A stretch of 64,000 nucleotides of DNA, taken from positions 14,547 to 78,546 of the forward strand of contig CAMTUX010000034.1 in the NCBI GenBank assembly GCA_947084995.1, read 5' to 3'. The position numbers were made by a program, and so were the translations under genes. Under the pieces are notes generated by a model, which had not been told where the DNA came from, did not search any database, and saw only the letters and a list, made by a program, of their open reading frames with translations. This DNA comes from an uncultured Roseococcus sp. GTDB lineage: Bacteria; Pseudomonadota; Alphaproteobacteria; Acetobacterales; Acetobacteraceae. Positions 11,917-20,997 of this stretch are shown here, piece by piece (position 1 is the first letter of the stretch; each line of letters begins with the position of its first letter).

Positions 11917-13103
11917 TGGAACTCGATTCCGCCTATCTGATGGAATGGGCCAACCTGCTGCTGCGCTGGTTGCACATCGTCACCGGCATCGCCTGGATCG
12001 GCGCCAGCTTCTATTTCATCGCGCTCGACAACAGCCTGGAGGCACCCAAGGACGGCAACCCGCTGCTGCGCGGCGAGCAATGGTCGCTGCATGGCGGCGG
12101 CTTCTACCACAAGCGCAAATACAAGGGCGCGCCCGAGGTGATGCCCACCACGCTGCATTGGTTCAAATGGGAGGCCTATTGGACCTGGCTCAGCGGTTTC
12201 GCGCTCTTCGTCCTGATCTATTGGGGCCAGGCCAGCACCTATCTGATTGACCCCGAGGTGCTGGACCTGCCGGTCTGGCTGGCCATCACGCTCTCGCTGG
12301 TGATGATCGTGGCGGGCTGGGTGGGGTATGACCTGCTGTGCCGGCGGATGACGAATGAACGCAACTTGCTGCTGGCCGGCTCGGGGCTTTTGCTCGTGCT
12401 GGTACTGGTGGCGACGCACATCTTTTCCGGCCGCGGCGCCTTCCTGCTGATCGGCGCCATTACCGGCACCATCATGGTGGCCAATGTCGCGATGGTGATC
12501 ATCCCCGGCCAGAAGAAGATGGTGAAGGCGATCGAGGCGGGGCAGGCGCCCGATCCGAAATATGGCGAGTGGGGCCGCCAGCGCAGCGTGCACAACACCT
12601 ATCTGACGCTGCCGGTGCTGCTGCTGATGATCAGCCCGCACTACCCGATGCTGTACCAGGCCAAGCTCAACTGGCTGGTGCTGATCCTGGTGGCGGTGGC
12701 GGGCGCCATGATCCGGCAATTCTTCGTGCTGCGCCATTCCGGCCGCTCCAACTGGGCCTTGCCGGTGGGCGGCGTGGTGGCGCTGGGCCTGCTGGCGGCG
12801 CTGGTCGCCCCGCGCGCCGATCCGCGCTTCGCCGGCATCGAGGCACCGCCCTTCGAGGAGGTGCAGGCCATCATGGCGAGCCGCTGCGCCGCCTGCCACG
12901 CGGCAAGGCCGAGCTTCGAGGGCATGGCCGCCGCCCCCAAGGGCGTGCTGCTGGAAACCCCCACGCAGATCCGCCGCTGGGCCGCGGCGACGCGCCAGCA
13001 GGTGCAGACCGAGGCGATGCCCCCCGGCAACGTGACCGACCTGACCGATGAGGAGCGCGGCAAGATCATCGCCTGGGTCGCGGCCGGAGCGCCGATCCGG
13101 TGA
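11916..13103 (+). CDS. puuD: Urate hydroxylase PuuD with C-terminal cytochrome c
   Basis: RWLH..GIAWIGASFYF, LHWFKWEAY, RSVHNTY, CAACH haem motif; coupled to uraH. Confidence 0.92.
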   Translation: MELDSAYLMEWANLLLRWLHIVTGIAWIGASFYFIALDNSLEAPKDGNPLLRGEQWSLHGGGFYHKRKYKGAPEVMPTTLHWFKWEAYWTWLSGFALFVLIYWGQASTYLIDPEVLDLPVWLAITLSLVMIVAGWVGYDLLCRRMTNERNLLLAGSGLLLVLVLVATHIFSGRGAFLLIGAITGTIMVANVAMVIIPGQKKMVKAIEAGQAPDPKYGEWGRQRSVHNTYLTLPVLLLMISPHYPMLYQAKLNWLVLILVAVAGAMIRQFFVLRHSGRSNWALPVGGVVALGLLAALVAPRADPRFAGIEAPPFEEVQAIMASRCAACHAARPSFEGMAAAPKGVLLETPTQIRRWAAATRQQVQTEAMPPGNVTDLTDEERGKIIAWVAAGAPIR

Positions 13104-13639
13104 GGCCGGCGGCGCATATCTGCCCCATGCTCATCCTCGCGCCCCGGGTGCCGGCCCCGGCGCATGCACAGTGGGGCAGAATACAGCCGCATAACCTCTA
13201 CAGATCGAGACTCGGCCAGGCGGATCTCGCGACGATGCGGCGATGATTGGCCCGTGGTGGGCAGGTCTCCGCCGAGGACAGCAATTTCCATGACGGCCTG
13301 GCGCCCGATTTCCACGTCGTCATCTCCGAGCCCCTGCGCGCCCGCGGGGAGGGCCGAGGCCCGGTTGGCGAATGCGAAGACCTGCGGCGTGACGGAACTG
13401 ATGCGGATGGTGCGGCGCCGCGTGGCCGCCTGTTGAATGGCAGGGCCACCGGGGCTGCGGAAGCTCGCTCACCGCCCCGACCTGCTTGGTCGGCTGGATC
13501 AGTTTTTCACGCCGCTCAGGGTGGGCTCGCAGGCCAGGTCACGCGGGGCCCGTAGGCGCTTGCCAGGATGAAGGGCTTGCGGCCCGGCCATCGCCATCCA
13601 CGCCGCCCTGCAATATGCCACCCGCGCAGCGCAACTGGC

Positions 13640-13797
13640 CGACCACAGTCTCGAAGCTCAAGCGCAACGAGCACTCCGGCGTCGCAGGAGCATGACGGAG
13701 GCGGCGTAGAGGAAGGCCTCGGCCAATGCGATGGATGCCTCGAAATCCCTGGCGAGCCTCCGGTTGCTCCAGGCGAAGGTCCGCCCGACCACCATGG
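13640..13797 (-). mobile_element. IS5-family transposase C-terminal remnant
   Basis: VVGRTFAWSNRRLARDFEASIALAEAFLYAASVMLLRRRSARCA* matches the RWVVER.FAW..NRRLAKDFE tail of IS5-family transposases. Confidence 0.75.
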
Positions 13798-13933
13798 CAA
13801 TGAACAGGCCGCTGGCGGCGATCTGCAGGATGACGCGATCGGGCATCCGGCCTGAACGGCCAGGGCGGCCCCGTGGTTGTCGCTCCCCGCAAATCCGTGT
13901 GAAGGAACGGCCACCCACCAGCCGGAGCCACCC

Positions 13934-14281
13934 ATGCCCATCACCCTCCATGGCATCAAGAATTGCGACAGCATGAAGAAGGCCCGCGCCTGGCTGGATG
14001 CCAAGGGCGTCGCCTACGCCTTCCATGACTACAAGACCCATGGCATCGCGCCCCAGACACTTGCCGCCTGGGTCGGGGAACTGGGCTGGGAGGCGCTGCT
14101 GAACCGCGCCGGCACCACCTTCCGCAAGCTGCCCGAGGCGGAGAAGCAGGGCCTGGACGCCACGCGCGCCATGGCGCTGATGCTGGCCCAGCCCTCGATG
14201 ATCAAGCGCCCGGTACTGGATCTCGGGCCGCGCCGCCTGGTGGGCTTCAGCGCGGAGGCCTATGCGAAGGCGCTGGGCTGA
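13934..14281 (+). CDS. ArsC/YffB family reductase
   Basis: GIKNCDSMKKARAWL, FHDYK, LNRAGTTFRKL, PSMIKRP. Confidence 0.9.
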   Translation: MPITLHGIKNCDSMKKARAWLDAKGVAYAFHDYKTHGIAPQTLAAWVGELGWEALLNRAGTTFRKLPEAEKQGLDATRAMALMLAQPSMIKRPVLDLGPRRLVGFSAEAYAKALG

Positions 14282-14491
14282 GTCTTTGGATTGGCGTGGG
14301 GGCGCGGGGCGGCCATCCTTCCCGCAACCACTGGGTTTGAGGCGCGATCAAATGCAGGACACACGGACGCAGATGCGGCGCGAAGTTTCGGGCTGGGGCA
14401 ACTTCCCGGCTTTCGGGATCGTCGGCATCGGGCTGGTCGCCTCGATCTTCATCGAGAATTTCGGCGCGCCGGAAACGGTGAAGAACATTCC

Positions 14492-14598
14492 CTAGAGCTT
14501 TTTCCGTTCGGAAAGGCTCACGGCAAAAGCTCTAGATCATTGAATTACGAGCATCTTTATCCGATCAAACGATTCCGTTTGATCGGATGATGCTCTAG
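14492..14598. repeat. Miniature double-hairpin element type 1 (RIME/Bru-RS-like), copy A
   Basis: CTAGAGCTTTTT..AAAAGCTCTAG hairpin plus GAGCATC..ATCCGATCAAACG-ATTC-CGTTTGATCGGAT-GATGCTCTAG hairpin; second copy at 31490. Confidence 0.88.
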
Positions 14599-14698
14599 AC
14601 CATGATGCGTTCGCTTGCGCTCACTTTCATGGTCTCGCCACTTCTGAGAGCGGGATTCAACGTTTTCGGCGATTCCGCCTCAACGCATCCCGCTCTAA
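14595..14698. repeat. Miniature double-hairpin element type 2, copy A
   Basis: AGACCATGA..TCATGGTCT and AGAGCGGGAT..ATCCCGCTCT hairpins; inverted copy at 31390. Confidence 0.88.
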
Positions 14699-14755
14699 TA
14701 TCCTGCTGGGCGCCGTGGTGCTGGCCATCGCCATCCCCATGGCCTTCTACCGCAG

Positions 14756-14787
14756 GCCCATCGGGTAACTCGCCCATCGGGTAACTC
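14756..14787. repeat. 16-bp tandem duplication
   Basis: GCCCATCGGGTAACTC x2. Confidence 0.85.
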
Positions 14788-14819
14788 GCTGGACGCCAAC
14801 CGGGCGGGCCTCAAGCTGA

Positions 14820-15313
14820 AGCCGGCTTGCCTGCTTTCGCGCAGCGCAGGCTGAATGCCGGCATGGCGGACATCCCCACGGGGATGGACCCACATCATCA
14901 CTCCTCCCGCAGCAACAACGCGCAGTTGCACCGGATCTTCAACCCGCTGATTGATCTGGACACGCAAAGCCGCATCCTCCCCGTGCTTGTGCAATGTGGA
15001 TGATCTCACCTGGGAATTCCGCCTGCGTGAGGGCCTGCGCTTCCATGACGACACGCCCTTCGGGGCGGAGGATGTCGCCTTCTCCTTCGCGCGGGTACCA
15101 CATCTGCCCAATTCGCCCGGCCCCTTCACGCCGATGTTCCGCACGGTCGCCGATCATGGATGCGCGCAGGCGATGCGCGCGGCCACGGATGATCCGGGCG
15201 TGATTGCCTCGCATTATCTGCGCGTGAATCGGGCAGCGCAGCGGGCGCGGGTGCGTTACGATGCGCGCGCCATCTGCTGCACCAACGCTCTGCTGGCTTC
15301 GCCCGCCGAGTGA
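14820..15313 (+). pseudogene. ABC transporter family-5 substrate-binding protein relic (internal deletion, frameshift)
   Basis: PTGMDPHHH and WEFRLREGLRFHDDTPFGAEDVAFSFARV joined directly to a C-terminal-like segment. Confidence 0.7.
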
Positions 15314-15331
15314 TCAATCGGAGGTCGAACC

Positions 15332-16618
15332 ATGCCTGACAAGTCCATTCTCGCCCGGCTGAGTGACGCCGTGGATCGCGGCTTTGACGAGCAGGTGCGC
15401 TTCCTTGCCGATATCGTGCGCCACCCCTCGCTGCGCGGGCGGGAGGCGCCGCTGCAGGACCACATGGCGCGCTGGTTCAATGCCCGCGGCTACAGCGTGG
15501 ACCGCTTCTCCATCGCCGATGTACATCTCTCGGAGCACCCCAAGGCCAGCCCGATGGTCGAGGTGGACCCCGCCGGCTCCTTCCAGGTCGTCGCCTCCAA
15601 GCGGTGCAGCGCGCCGACTGGCCGCAGCCTCATCATCCAGGGGCATATTGATGTGGTGCCCGAAGGCCCGGCCGAGATGTGGAGCTTCCCGCCCTATGGC
15701 GCCACGGTAAAGGATGGCTGGATGTATGGGCGCGGCGCCAATGACATGAAGGCTGGCGTCTCGGCCATGTGCTTCGCCATGGAGGCGCTGCGCGGCGCCG
15801 GCTTCGCGCCCGGTGCCGATATCCACCTGCAAACCGTGACGGAGGAGGAGAGCACCGGCAATGGCGCGCTCGCCACCCTGCTGCGCGGCTACCGGGCCGA
15901 GGCCTGCCTGATCCCCGAGCCCACCGGCGGCACCATCACCCGCGCCCATACCGGCACCATGTGGTTCCGGCTGAAGGTGCGCGGCGTGCCCGTCCATGTC
16001 GCCGTGGCCCAATCAGGCAGCAATGCGATCATGAGCGCCTACCACCTGATCCAGGCTCTGCAGGAACACACCAGGGGGCTGAACGAGGTGGCCAGGACCC
16101 ACCCCTGGTATTCCCAGCTTCAGGACCCCATCAAGTTCAATCCCGGCATGATCCGGGGCGGCGACTGGGCCAGCTCCACGCCGGCCTGGTGCGAGGTGGA
16201 TTGCCGGATCGGGCTGCTGCCCGGCCAGGATGTGGCCGAGTGCCAGCGTGCGGTGGAGCATGCTGTCGCCGCCGCCGCGCGCAGCGACAATTTCCTCTCC
16301 AACAACCCGCCCGAGGTGCAGTGGCACGGCTTCCTGGCCGATGGCTTCGTGCTGGAACCAGGCAGCGAGGCCGAGCACATCCTGGCCGAGGCACATCGCA
16401 GCGCCTTCGGCGCGGAGATGGGCGCGCGAATCACGACGGCGGTGAACGATACCCGGTTCTACGGGCTGTATTTCGACATGCCCGCGCTCTGCTACGGCCC
16501 CCAGGGCGAGAACAACCACGGCTTTGATGAGCGCACCAACCTCGAACACCTCAAGGCCACGACACTCGCCATGGCCTGCTTCATCGCCGATTGGTGCGGG
16601 TTGCGGCCCCTGGAGTGA
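15332..16618 (+). CDS. ArgE/DapE family deacylase (M20)
   Basis: GHIDVVP, YGRGANDMKAG, EEESTGNG, HGFDE. Confidence 0.9.
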   Translation: MPDKSILARLSDAVDRGFDEQVRFLADIVRHPSLRGREAPLQDHMARWFNARGYSVDRFSIADVHLSEHPKASPMVEVDPAGSFQVVASKRCSAPTGRSLIIQGHIDVVPEGPAEMWSFPPYGATVKDGWMYGRGANDMKAGVSAMCFAMEALRGAGFAPGADIHLQTVTEEESTGNGALATLLRGYRAEACLIPEPTGGTITRAHTGTMWFRLKVRGVPVHVAVAQSGSNAIMSAYHLIQALQEHTRGLNEVARTHPWYSQLQDPIKFNPGMIRGGDWASSTPAWCEVDCRIGLLPGQDVAECQRAVEHAVAAAARSDNFLSNNPPEVQWHGFLADGFVLEPGSEAEHILAEAHRSAFGAEMGARITTAVNDTRFYGLYFDMPALCYGPQGENNHGFDERTNLEHLKATTLAMACFIADWCGLRPLE

Positions 16619-16736
16619 GGCGCCGCCGCCGCCTTCGCCCTGCAAAGGCCCCTGGATCAGGGGGATGAATTCCCCAGCCCCCCCCCTGTGGCTGCCATGA
16701 CACGGTCGGCTTGTGTTTCGTGGCACCCTCCGATAT

Positions 16737-16751
16737 GAACATATCAGGAAC
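16737..16751 (+). promoter_or_regulatory. Alphaproteobacterial LexA (SOS) box
   Basis: GAAC-ATATCAG-GAAC, exact GAAC-N7-GAAC, upstream of nrdA. Confidence 0.6.
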
Positions 16752-16798
16752 ACCGGCGGAGTTACAGGAGTTTCCGCGAAAGCATGAGGGGCTCGCAA

Positions 16799-16845
16799 CC
16801 ACCGCATCTGGTGTCCATTAATCCTGAGGCCGCTATATGTAGTTG
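16799..16845. promoter_or_regulatory. Tandem NrdR boxes
   Basis: CCACCGCATCTGGTGT (16799) and CCGCTATATGTAGTTG (16830), 31 bp apart, upstream of nrdA. Confidence 0.7.
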
Positions 16846-16900
16846 CGGTGACGATGTGTTTCAGGCATATCCCGGCGCCGGGGAATTGAGGGAAAAGACC

Positions 16901-18751
16901 GTGTTCGATGCCGTTCAGCTTCAGGGACATTTCCAGGTCCAGATGGATCGCAGCCGGGATTCCCTGCTGACCGATTTCGGCCGGGCCACGCTCGATGACC
17001 GCTACCTCCTGCCGGGCGAAAGCTACCAGGACCTGTTTGCCCGCGTGGCCTCGGCCTATGGCGATGACGCGGCGCATTCGCAGCGCCTCTATGATTATAT
17101 CAGCAAGCTCTGGTTCATGCCCGCGACCCCGGTGCTGTCCAATGGCGGCACGACGCGCGGCTTGCCCATTTCCTGCTTCCTGAACGAGGCGAATGACAGC
17201 CTCGATTCGATCGTGGACCTCTGGAACGAGAATGTCTGGCTGGCGTCGAAGGGCGGCGGCATCGGCTCCTATTGGGGCAATCTGCGCAGCCTGGGCGAGA
17301 AGGTCGGCCAGAATGGCAAGACCTCGGGCATTGTCCCCTTCATCCGCGTGATGGACAGCCTGACGCTGGCGATTTCCCAGGGCTCGCTGCGCCGCGGTTC
17401 GGCCGCCGTGTATCTGCCGGTCTCCCACCCCGAGATCGAGGAATTCATCGAAATCCGCCGCCCGACCGGCGGTGATCCGAATCGCAAGGCGCTGAACCTG
17501 CACCACGGCATCCTGCTGTCCGACAAGTTCATGCGCGCGGTGGAAGCCGATGAGGCCTGGGCGCTGACCTCGCCCAAGGATGGCGCCATCGTTCGCACCA
17601 TCTCGGCTCGCTCGCTGTGGATTCGCATGTTGACGGCCCGCATCGAGACGGGCGAGCCGTATTTCATCTATGCCGACCATGTGAACAATGCGCGGCCCGA
17701 GCATCACAAGCTGGCCGGCCTGGAGGTGAAGACCTCCAACCTCTGCTCCGAGATCACGCTGCCCACCGGGATTGACCAGCATGGCCAGCAGCGCACCGCG
17801 GTGTGCTGCCTCTCCTCGCTCAACCTTGAGACCTGGATGGAGTGGAAGGACGACCCCCTCTTCATCACCGATGTGATGCGATTCCTGGATAACGTCCTCC
17901 AGAACTTCATTGATACGGCGCCTGATTCCATGGCCAAGGCGCGCTATGCGGCGATGCGCGAGCGTTCGGTGGGCCTGGGCGTCATGGGCTTCCACAGCTT
18001 CCTCCAGGGGTTGAACGTGCCCTTCGAGAGCGTGGTGGCGAAGGTGTGGAACAAGAAGATGTTCCGCCACATCCGCACCCAGGCCGACAACGCCTCGCGC
18101 CTGCTGGCCGAGGAGCGCGGCGCCTGCCCGGATGCCGCCGAATACGGCTTCATGGAGCGCTTCTCCAACAAGATGGCGATCGCGCCCACGGCGTCCATCT
18201 CCATCATCTGCGGTGGCGCCTCGCCCGGTATCGAGCCGATCGCGGCCAATGTGTACAATCACAAGACGCTGTCGGGCTCCTACATCGTTCGCAACCCCTA
18301 TCTGAAGGCGGTGCTGGCGAAGCATGGCCGCGACGATGCCGATACCTGGACGACGATCACCGTCAGCAAGGGCTCGGTCCAACACCTGGACTTCCTGAGC
18401 GAGCAGGAGAAGGCAGTCTTCAAGACCGCCTTCGAACTGGACCAGCGCTGGGTCATCGAACACGCGGCCGACCGGACGCCCTTCATCTGCCAGGCGCAGT
18501 CGCTCAACCTGTTCCTCCCCGCCAATGTCCATAAGCGGGACCTGCACCAGATCCACATGATGGCGTGGAAGAAGGGCGTGAAGTCGCTGTATTACTGCCG
18601 CAGCCTCTCCATCCAGCGGGCCGATACGGTCAGCGAAAAGGTGGTGGGCCAGGGCGATGTGATGACGCGCCACAAGGATGACGCAGTGCTGCCGCTGCAA
18701 ACGCCGGCCCCCGCGAGCACGAATTATGAAGAATGCTTGGCTTGCCAGTGA
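16901..18751 (+). CDS. nrdA: Class Ia ribonucleotide reductase alpha subunit (no N-terminal ATP cone apparent)
   Basis: PATP, ISCF, SNLCSEI, IAPTAS, KSLYY, C-terminal ECLACQ; GTG start after GAGGG. Confidence 0.95.
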   Translation: MFDAVQLQGHFQVQMDRSRDSLLTDFGRATLDDRYLLPGESYQDLFARVASAYGDDAAHSQRLYDYISKLWFMPATPVLSNGGTTRGLPISCFLNEANDSLDSIVDLWNENVWLASKGGGIGSYWGNLRSLGEKVGQNGKTSGIVPFIRVMDSLTLAISQGSLRRGSAAVYLPVSHPEIEEFIEIRRPTGGDPNRKALNLHHGILLSDKFMRAVEADEAWALTSPKDGAIVRTISARSLWIRMLTARIETGEPYFIYADHVNNARPEHHKLAGLEVKTSNLCSEITLPTGIDQHGQQRTAVCCLSSLNLETWMEWKDDPLFITDVMRFLDNVLQNFIDTAPDSMAKARYAAMRERSVGLGVMGFHSFLQGLNVPFESVVAKVWNKKMFRHIRTQADNASRLLAEERGACPDAAEYGFMERFSNKMAIAPTASISIICGGASPGIEPIAANVYNHKTLSGSYIVRNPYLKAVLAKHGRDDADTWTTITVSKGSVQHLDFLSEQEKAVFKTAFELDQRWVIEHAADRTPFICQAQSLNLFLPANVHKRDLHQIHMMAWKKGVKSLYYCRSLSIQRADTVSEKVVGQGDVMTRHKDDAVLPLQTPAPASTNYEECLACQ

Positions 18752-18794
18752 GGGGGCATAGCCCCTGACTTAACATCATTCGAGGACCAGACCC

Positions 18795-19850
18795 ATGTCT
18801 GACGGCATTTCCATTGACGATCTTCCCGTGAAGTTCGATCTCCTGACTTCCAACCCGGTCTATAAGCCCTTCCGCTACCCCTGGGCTTATGAGGCCTGGC
18901 TCCAGCAGCAGCGCATCCACTGGCTGCCGGAGGAAGTGCCGCTGGCCGATGACGTGAAGGATTGGCAGAAGAACCTCACTCCCGGTGAGAAGAACCTGCT
19001 GACGCAGATCTTCCGTTTTTTCACCCAGGCCGATGTCGAGGTGAACAACTGCTACATGAAGCAGTATTCCCAGGTCTTCAAGCCGACTGAAGTCCTAATG
19101 ATGATGTCCGCCTTCTCCAATACCGAGACGATCCACATCGCGGCCTATAGCCACCTTCTGGACACCATCGGCATGCCGGAGACCGAGTACACCGCCTTCC
19201 TCAAATACAAGGAGATGAAGGACAAGTACGACTACATGCATGCCTTCACGGTGGACAACAAGGTTGAGATCGCCAAGACCCTGGCAGCCTTCGGCGCTTT
19301 CACCGAAGGGCTGCAACTGTTTGCCTCTTTCGCGATACTCATGAACTTCCCGCGCTTCAACAAGATGAAGGGCATGGGGCAGATCGTCTCCTGGTCGGTG
19401 CGGGATGAGACGCTGCATTGCCTCTCCGTGATCCGGCTTTTCCGCACCTTCGTGCAGGAAAACCCGGAAATCTGGACCGAGGAACTGCGCCGCGACCTCT
19501 ATCTGATCTGCGCCACCATCGTGGATCACGAGGATGCCTTCATTGACCTGGCCTTCGAGATGGGCGGCGTGGAAGGCCTGACGGGGGAGGAGGTGAAGCT
19601 CTACATCCGCTTCATCGCCGATCGCCGCCTGCAGCAGCTGGGGCTGGAGCCGCTCTATCACACCGACAAGAACCCGCTCCCCTGGCTGGATGAGATGCTC
19701 AACGCCATCGAGCACACGAATTTCTTCGAGAATCGCGCCACGGAATATTCCAAGGCCTCGACGGAAGGTTCGTGGGAGGATGCCTTCGCGGATGGCACCT
19801 TCACCTCGGCCCAGCCCGAGGGCAGCATCGAGCTGGATCCGCGCCACTGA
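18795..19850 (+). CDS. nrdB: Class Ia ribonucleotide reductase beta subunit
   Basis: W.PEEV, D..E..H..Y, TEG, RDETLH, NFFE.RATEY. Confidence 0.95.
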   Translation: MSDGISIDDLPVKFDLLTSNPVYKPFRYPWAYEAWLQQQRIHWLPEEVPLADDVKDWQKNLTPGEKNLLTQIFRFFTQADVEVNNCYMKQYSQVFKPTEVLMMMSAFSNTETIHIAAYSHLLDTIGMPETEYTAFLKYKEMKDKYDYMHAFTVDNKVEIAKTLAAFGAFTEGLQLFASFAILMNFPRFNKMKGMGQIVSWSVRDETLHCLSVIRLFRTFVQENPEIWTEELRRDLYLICATIVDHEDAFIDLAFEMGGVEGLTGEEVKLYIRFIADRRLQQLGLEPLYHTDKNPLPWLDEMLNAIEHTNFFENRATEYSKASTEGSWEDAFADGTFTSAQPEGSIELDPRH

Positions 19851-19898
19851 GCCACGCGCGCCATTGAAGCGGCGGCATGTCGGGGCTAACTCCTCCGC

Positions 19899-20597
19899 AT
19901 GCTCCGCATCATCCGCCTTTCCAGTATCCTCCTGCTGACCCTGGTGGCTGGCATCTGGGCCTATTCCTGGGTCAGCAAATCGCCCGGGGAAAGCCTGGGC
20001 GAGGCCTTCGCCAACCGCCTGGCCGGTATTTTCGGCCAGGAGATGGCGGTGCCCACCGCATCGGGCGGCGGCGGCATGCAATTGCCGCCCGGCATCTCGC
20101 TCGGCGGCCCCTTCGAATTGGTGAACCAAGCCGGCCAGGCCGTGACCGAGCGCGATTTCGCCGGGCGCTGGTTGCTGGTCTATTTCGGCTTCACCTATTG
20201 CCCCGATGTCTGCCCGACGGAACTCGGCACCATCGCTTCCGCGATTGACGCGATGGGCCCGGCGGGCGAATCGGTCACGCCACTTCTCATCACAATTGAT
20301 CCGCAGCGTGACACGCCGGCCCAACTGGCGGACTACGTCTCGCGCTTCCATCCCCGCATGCAGGGCCTGACCGGCACGCCCGAACAGGTGGCCGCCGCCG
20401 CCCGCCGCTACCGCGTCTATTTCGCGCGAGTGCAGCGGCCGGACATGACGGATTATCTCATGGACCATTCCAGCTTCATCTATCTGGTGGGCCCCGATGC
20501 GAAGGTGCGGGCGCTGTTCCGGCCGGAAACCAGCCCCGAAGCCATCGCGGCGGCGGCGCTGGCGCAGATGCGCGCGGCACGAAATCCCGCATCCTAA
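19899..20597 (+). CDS. SCO family copper chaperone
   Basis: YFGFTYCPDVCP, DHS. Confidence 0.92.
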   Translation: MLRIIRLSSILLLTLVAGIWAYSWVSKSPGESLGEAFANRLAGIFGQEMAVPTASGGGGMQLPPGISLGGPFELVNQAGQAVTERDFAGRWLLVYFGFTYCPDVCPTELGTIASAIDAMGPAGESVTPLLITIDPQRDTPAQLADYVSRFHPRMQGLTGTPEQVAAAARRYRVYFARVQRPDMTDYLMDHSSFIYLVGPDAKVRALFRPETSPEAIAAAALAQMRAARNPAS

Positions 20598-20680
20598 GTC
20601 TTGGCGAAACGCCCAGATTCTGTGCATAAAACCAGTATTGGGCGGGTGGTACCTTGTCCGGCCCCCCAGAGGAGTTGTTC

Positions 20681-20968
20681 ATGGCGGAAGACGAAGACCG
20701 CAGCGAAGGCCAGGAAGATTCCGCCCGGGCAGGCGCCGCCCCCCGACAGGGCCGCCGCCTCTCGGACAAGATCCTGGTCGCCTTCCACCAGGCCTGCGAC
20801 CAGGGCGATTTCGAGGTGGCCGAGCAATTGCTCCGCGTGCTGGAAATGATGCTGACCCGCCGCCCCGTCTCGCCCGACATCAACCGTCGGCGCAACATCG
20901 AGACGCTGGTGGCCGCGCATGAGCGCCTGTGGCATCTGCGCCACCCGGAGGCGAGTGGCGAGCAGTAG
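20681..20968 (+). CDS. Small hypothetical protein
   Basis: GAGGAG RBS; RRLSDKILVAFHQACDQGDFEVAEQLL; host-like codon usage. Confidence 0.8.
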   Translation: MAEDEDRSEGQEDSARAGAAPRQGRRLSDKILVAFHQACDQGDFEVAEQLLRVLEMMLTRRPVSPDINRRRNIETLVAAHERLWHLRHPEASGEQ

Positions 20969-20997
20969 TCGCCGCCCACCAAGGGCGGGACGACATC

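Larger units (their letters stand above)
14352..14768 (+). pseudogene. Small two-TM membrane protein gene split by repeat insertion
   Basis: Removing 14495-14698 gives ...GIVGIGLVASIFIENFGAPETVKNIP|YILLGAVVLAIAIPMAFYRRPIG*. Confidence 0.5.

Noticed and set aside
13104-13560. Short ORFs after puuD
   Set aside because: Look like decayed coding sequence, but no family could be recognised.
14492-14698. CRISPR array or tRNA/ncRNA interpretation of the palindromic repeats
   Set aside because: No repeat-spacer periodicity, no cas genes, no cloverleaf; the copies are dispersed 17 kb apart.
14602-14784. 60-aa ORF MMRSLALTFMVSPLLR.. also seen at 31275-31538
   Set aside because: It is only the translation of repeat type 2; flanks and stops differ between copies.
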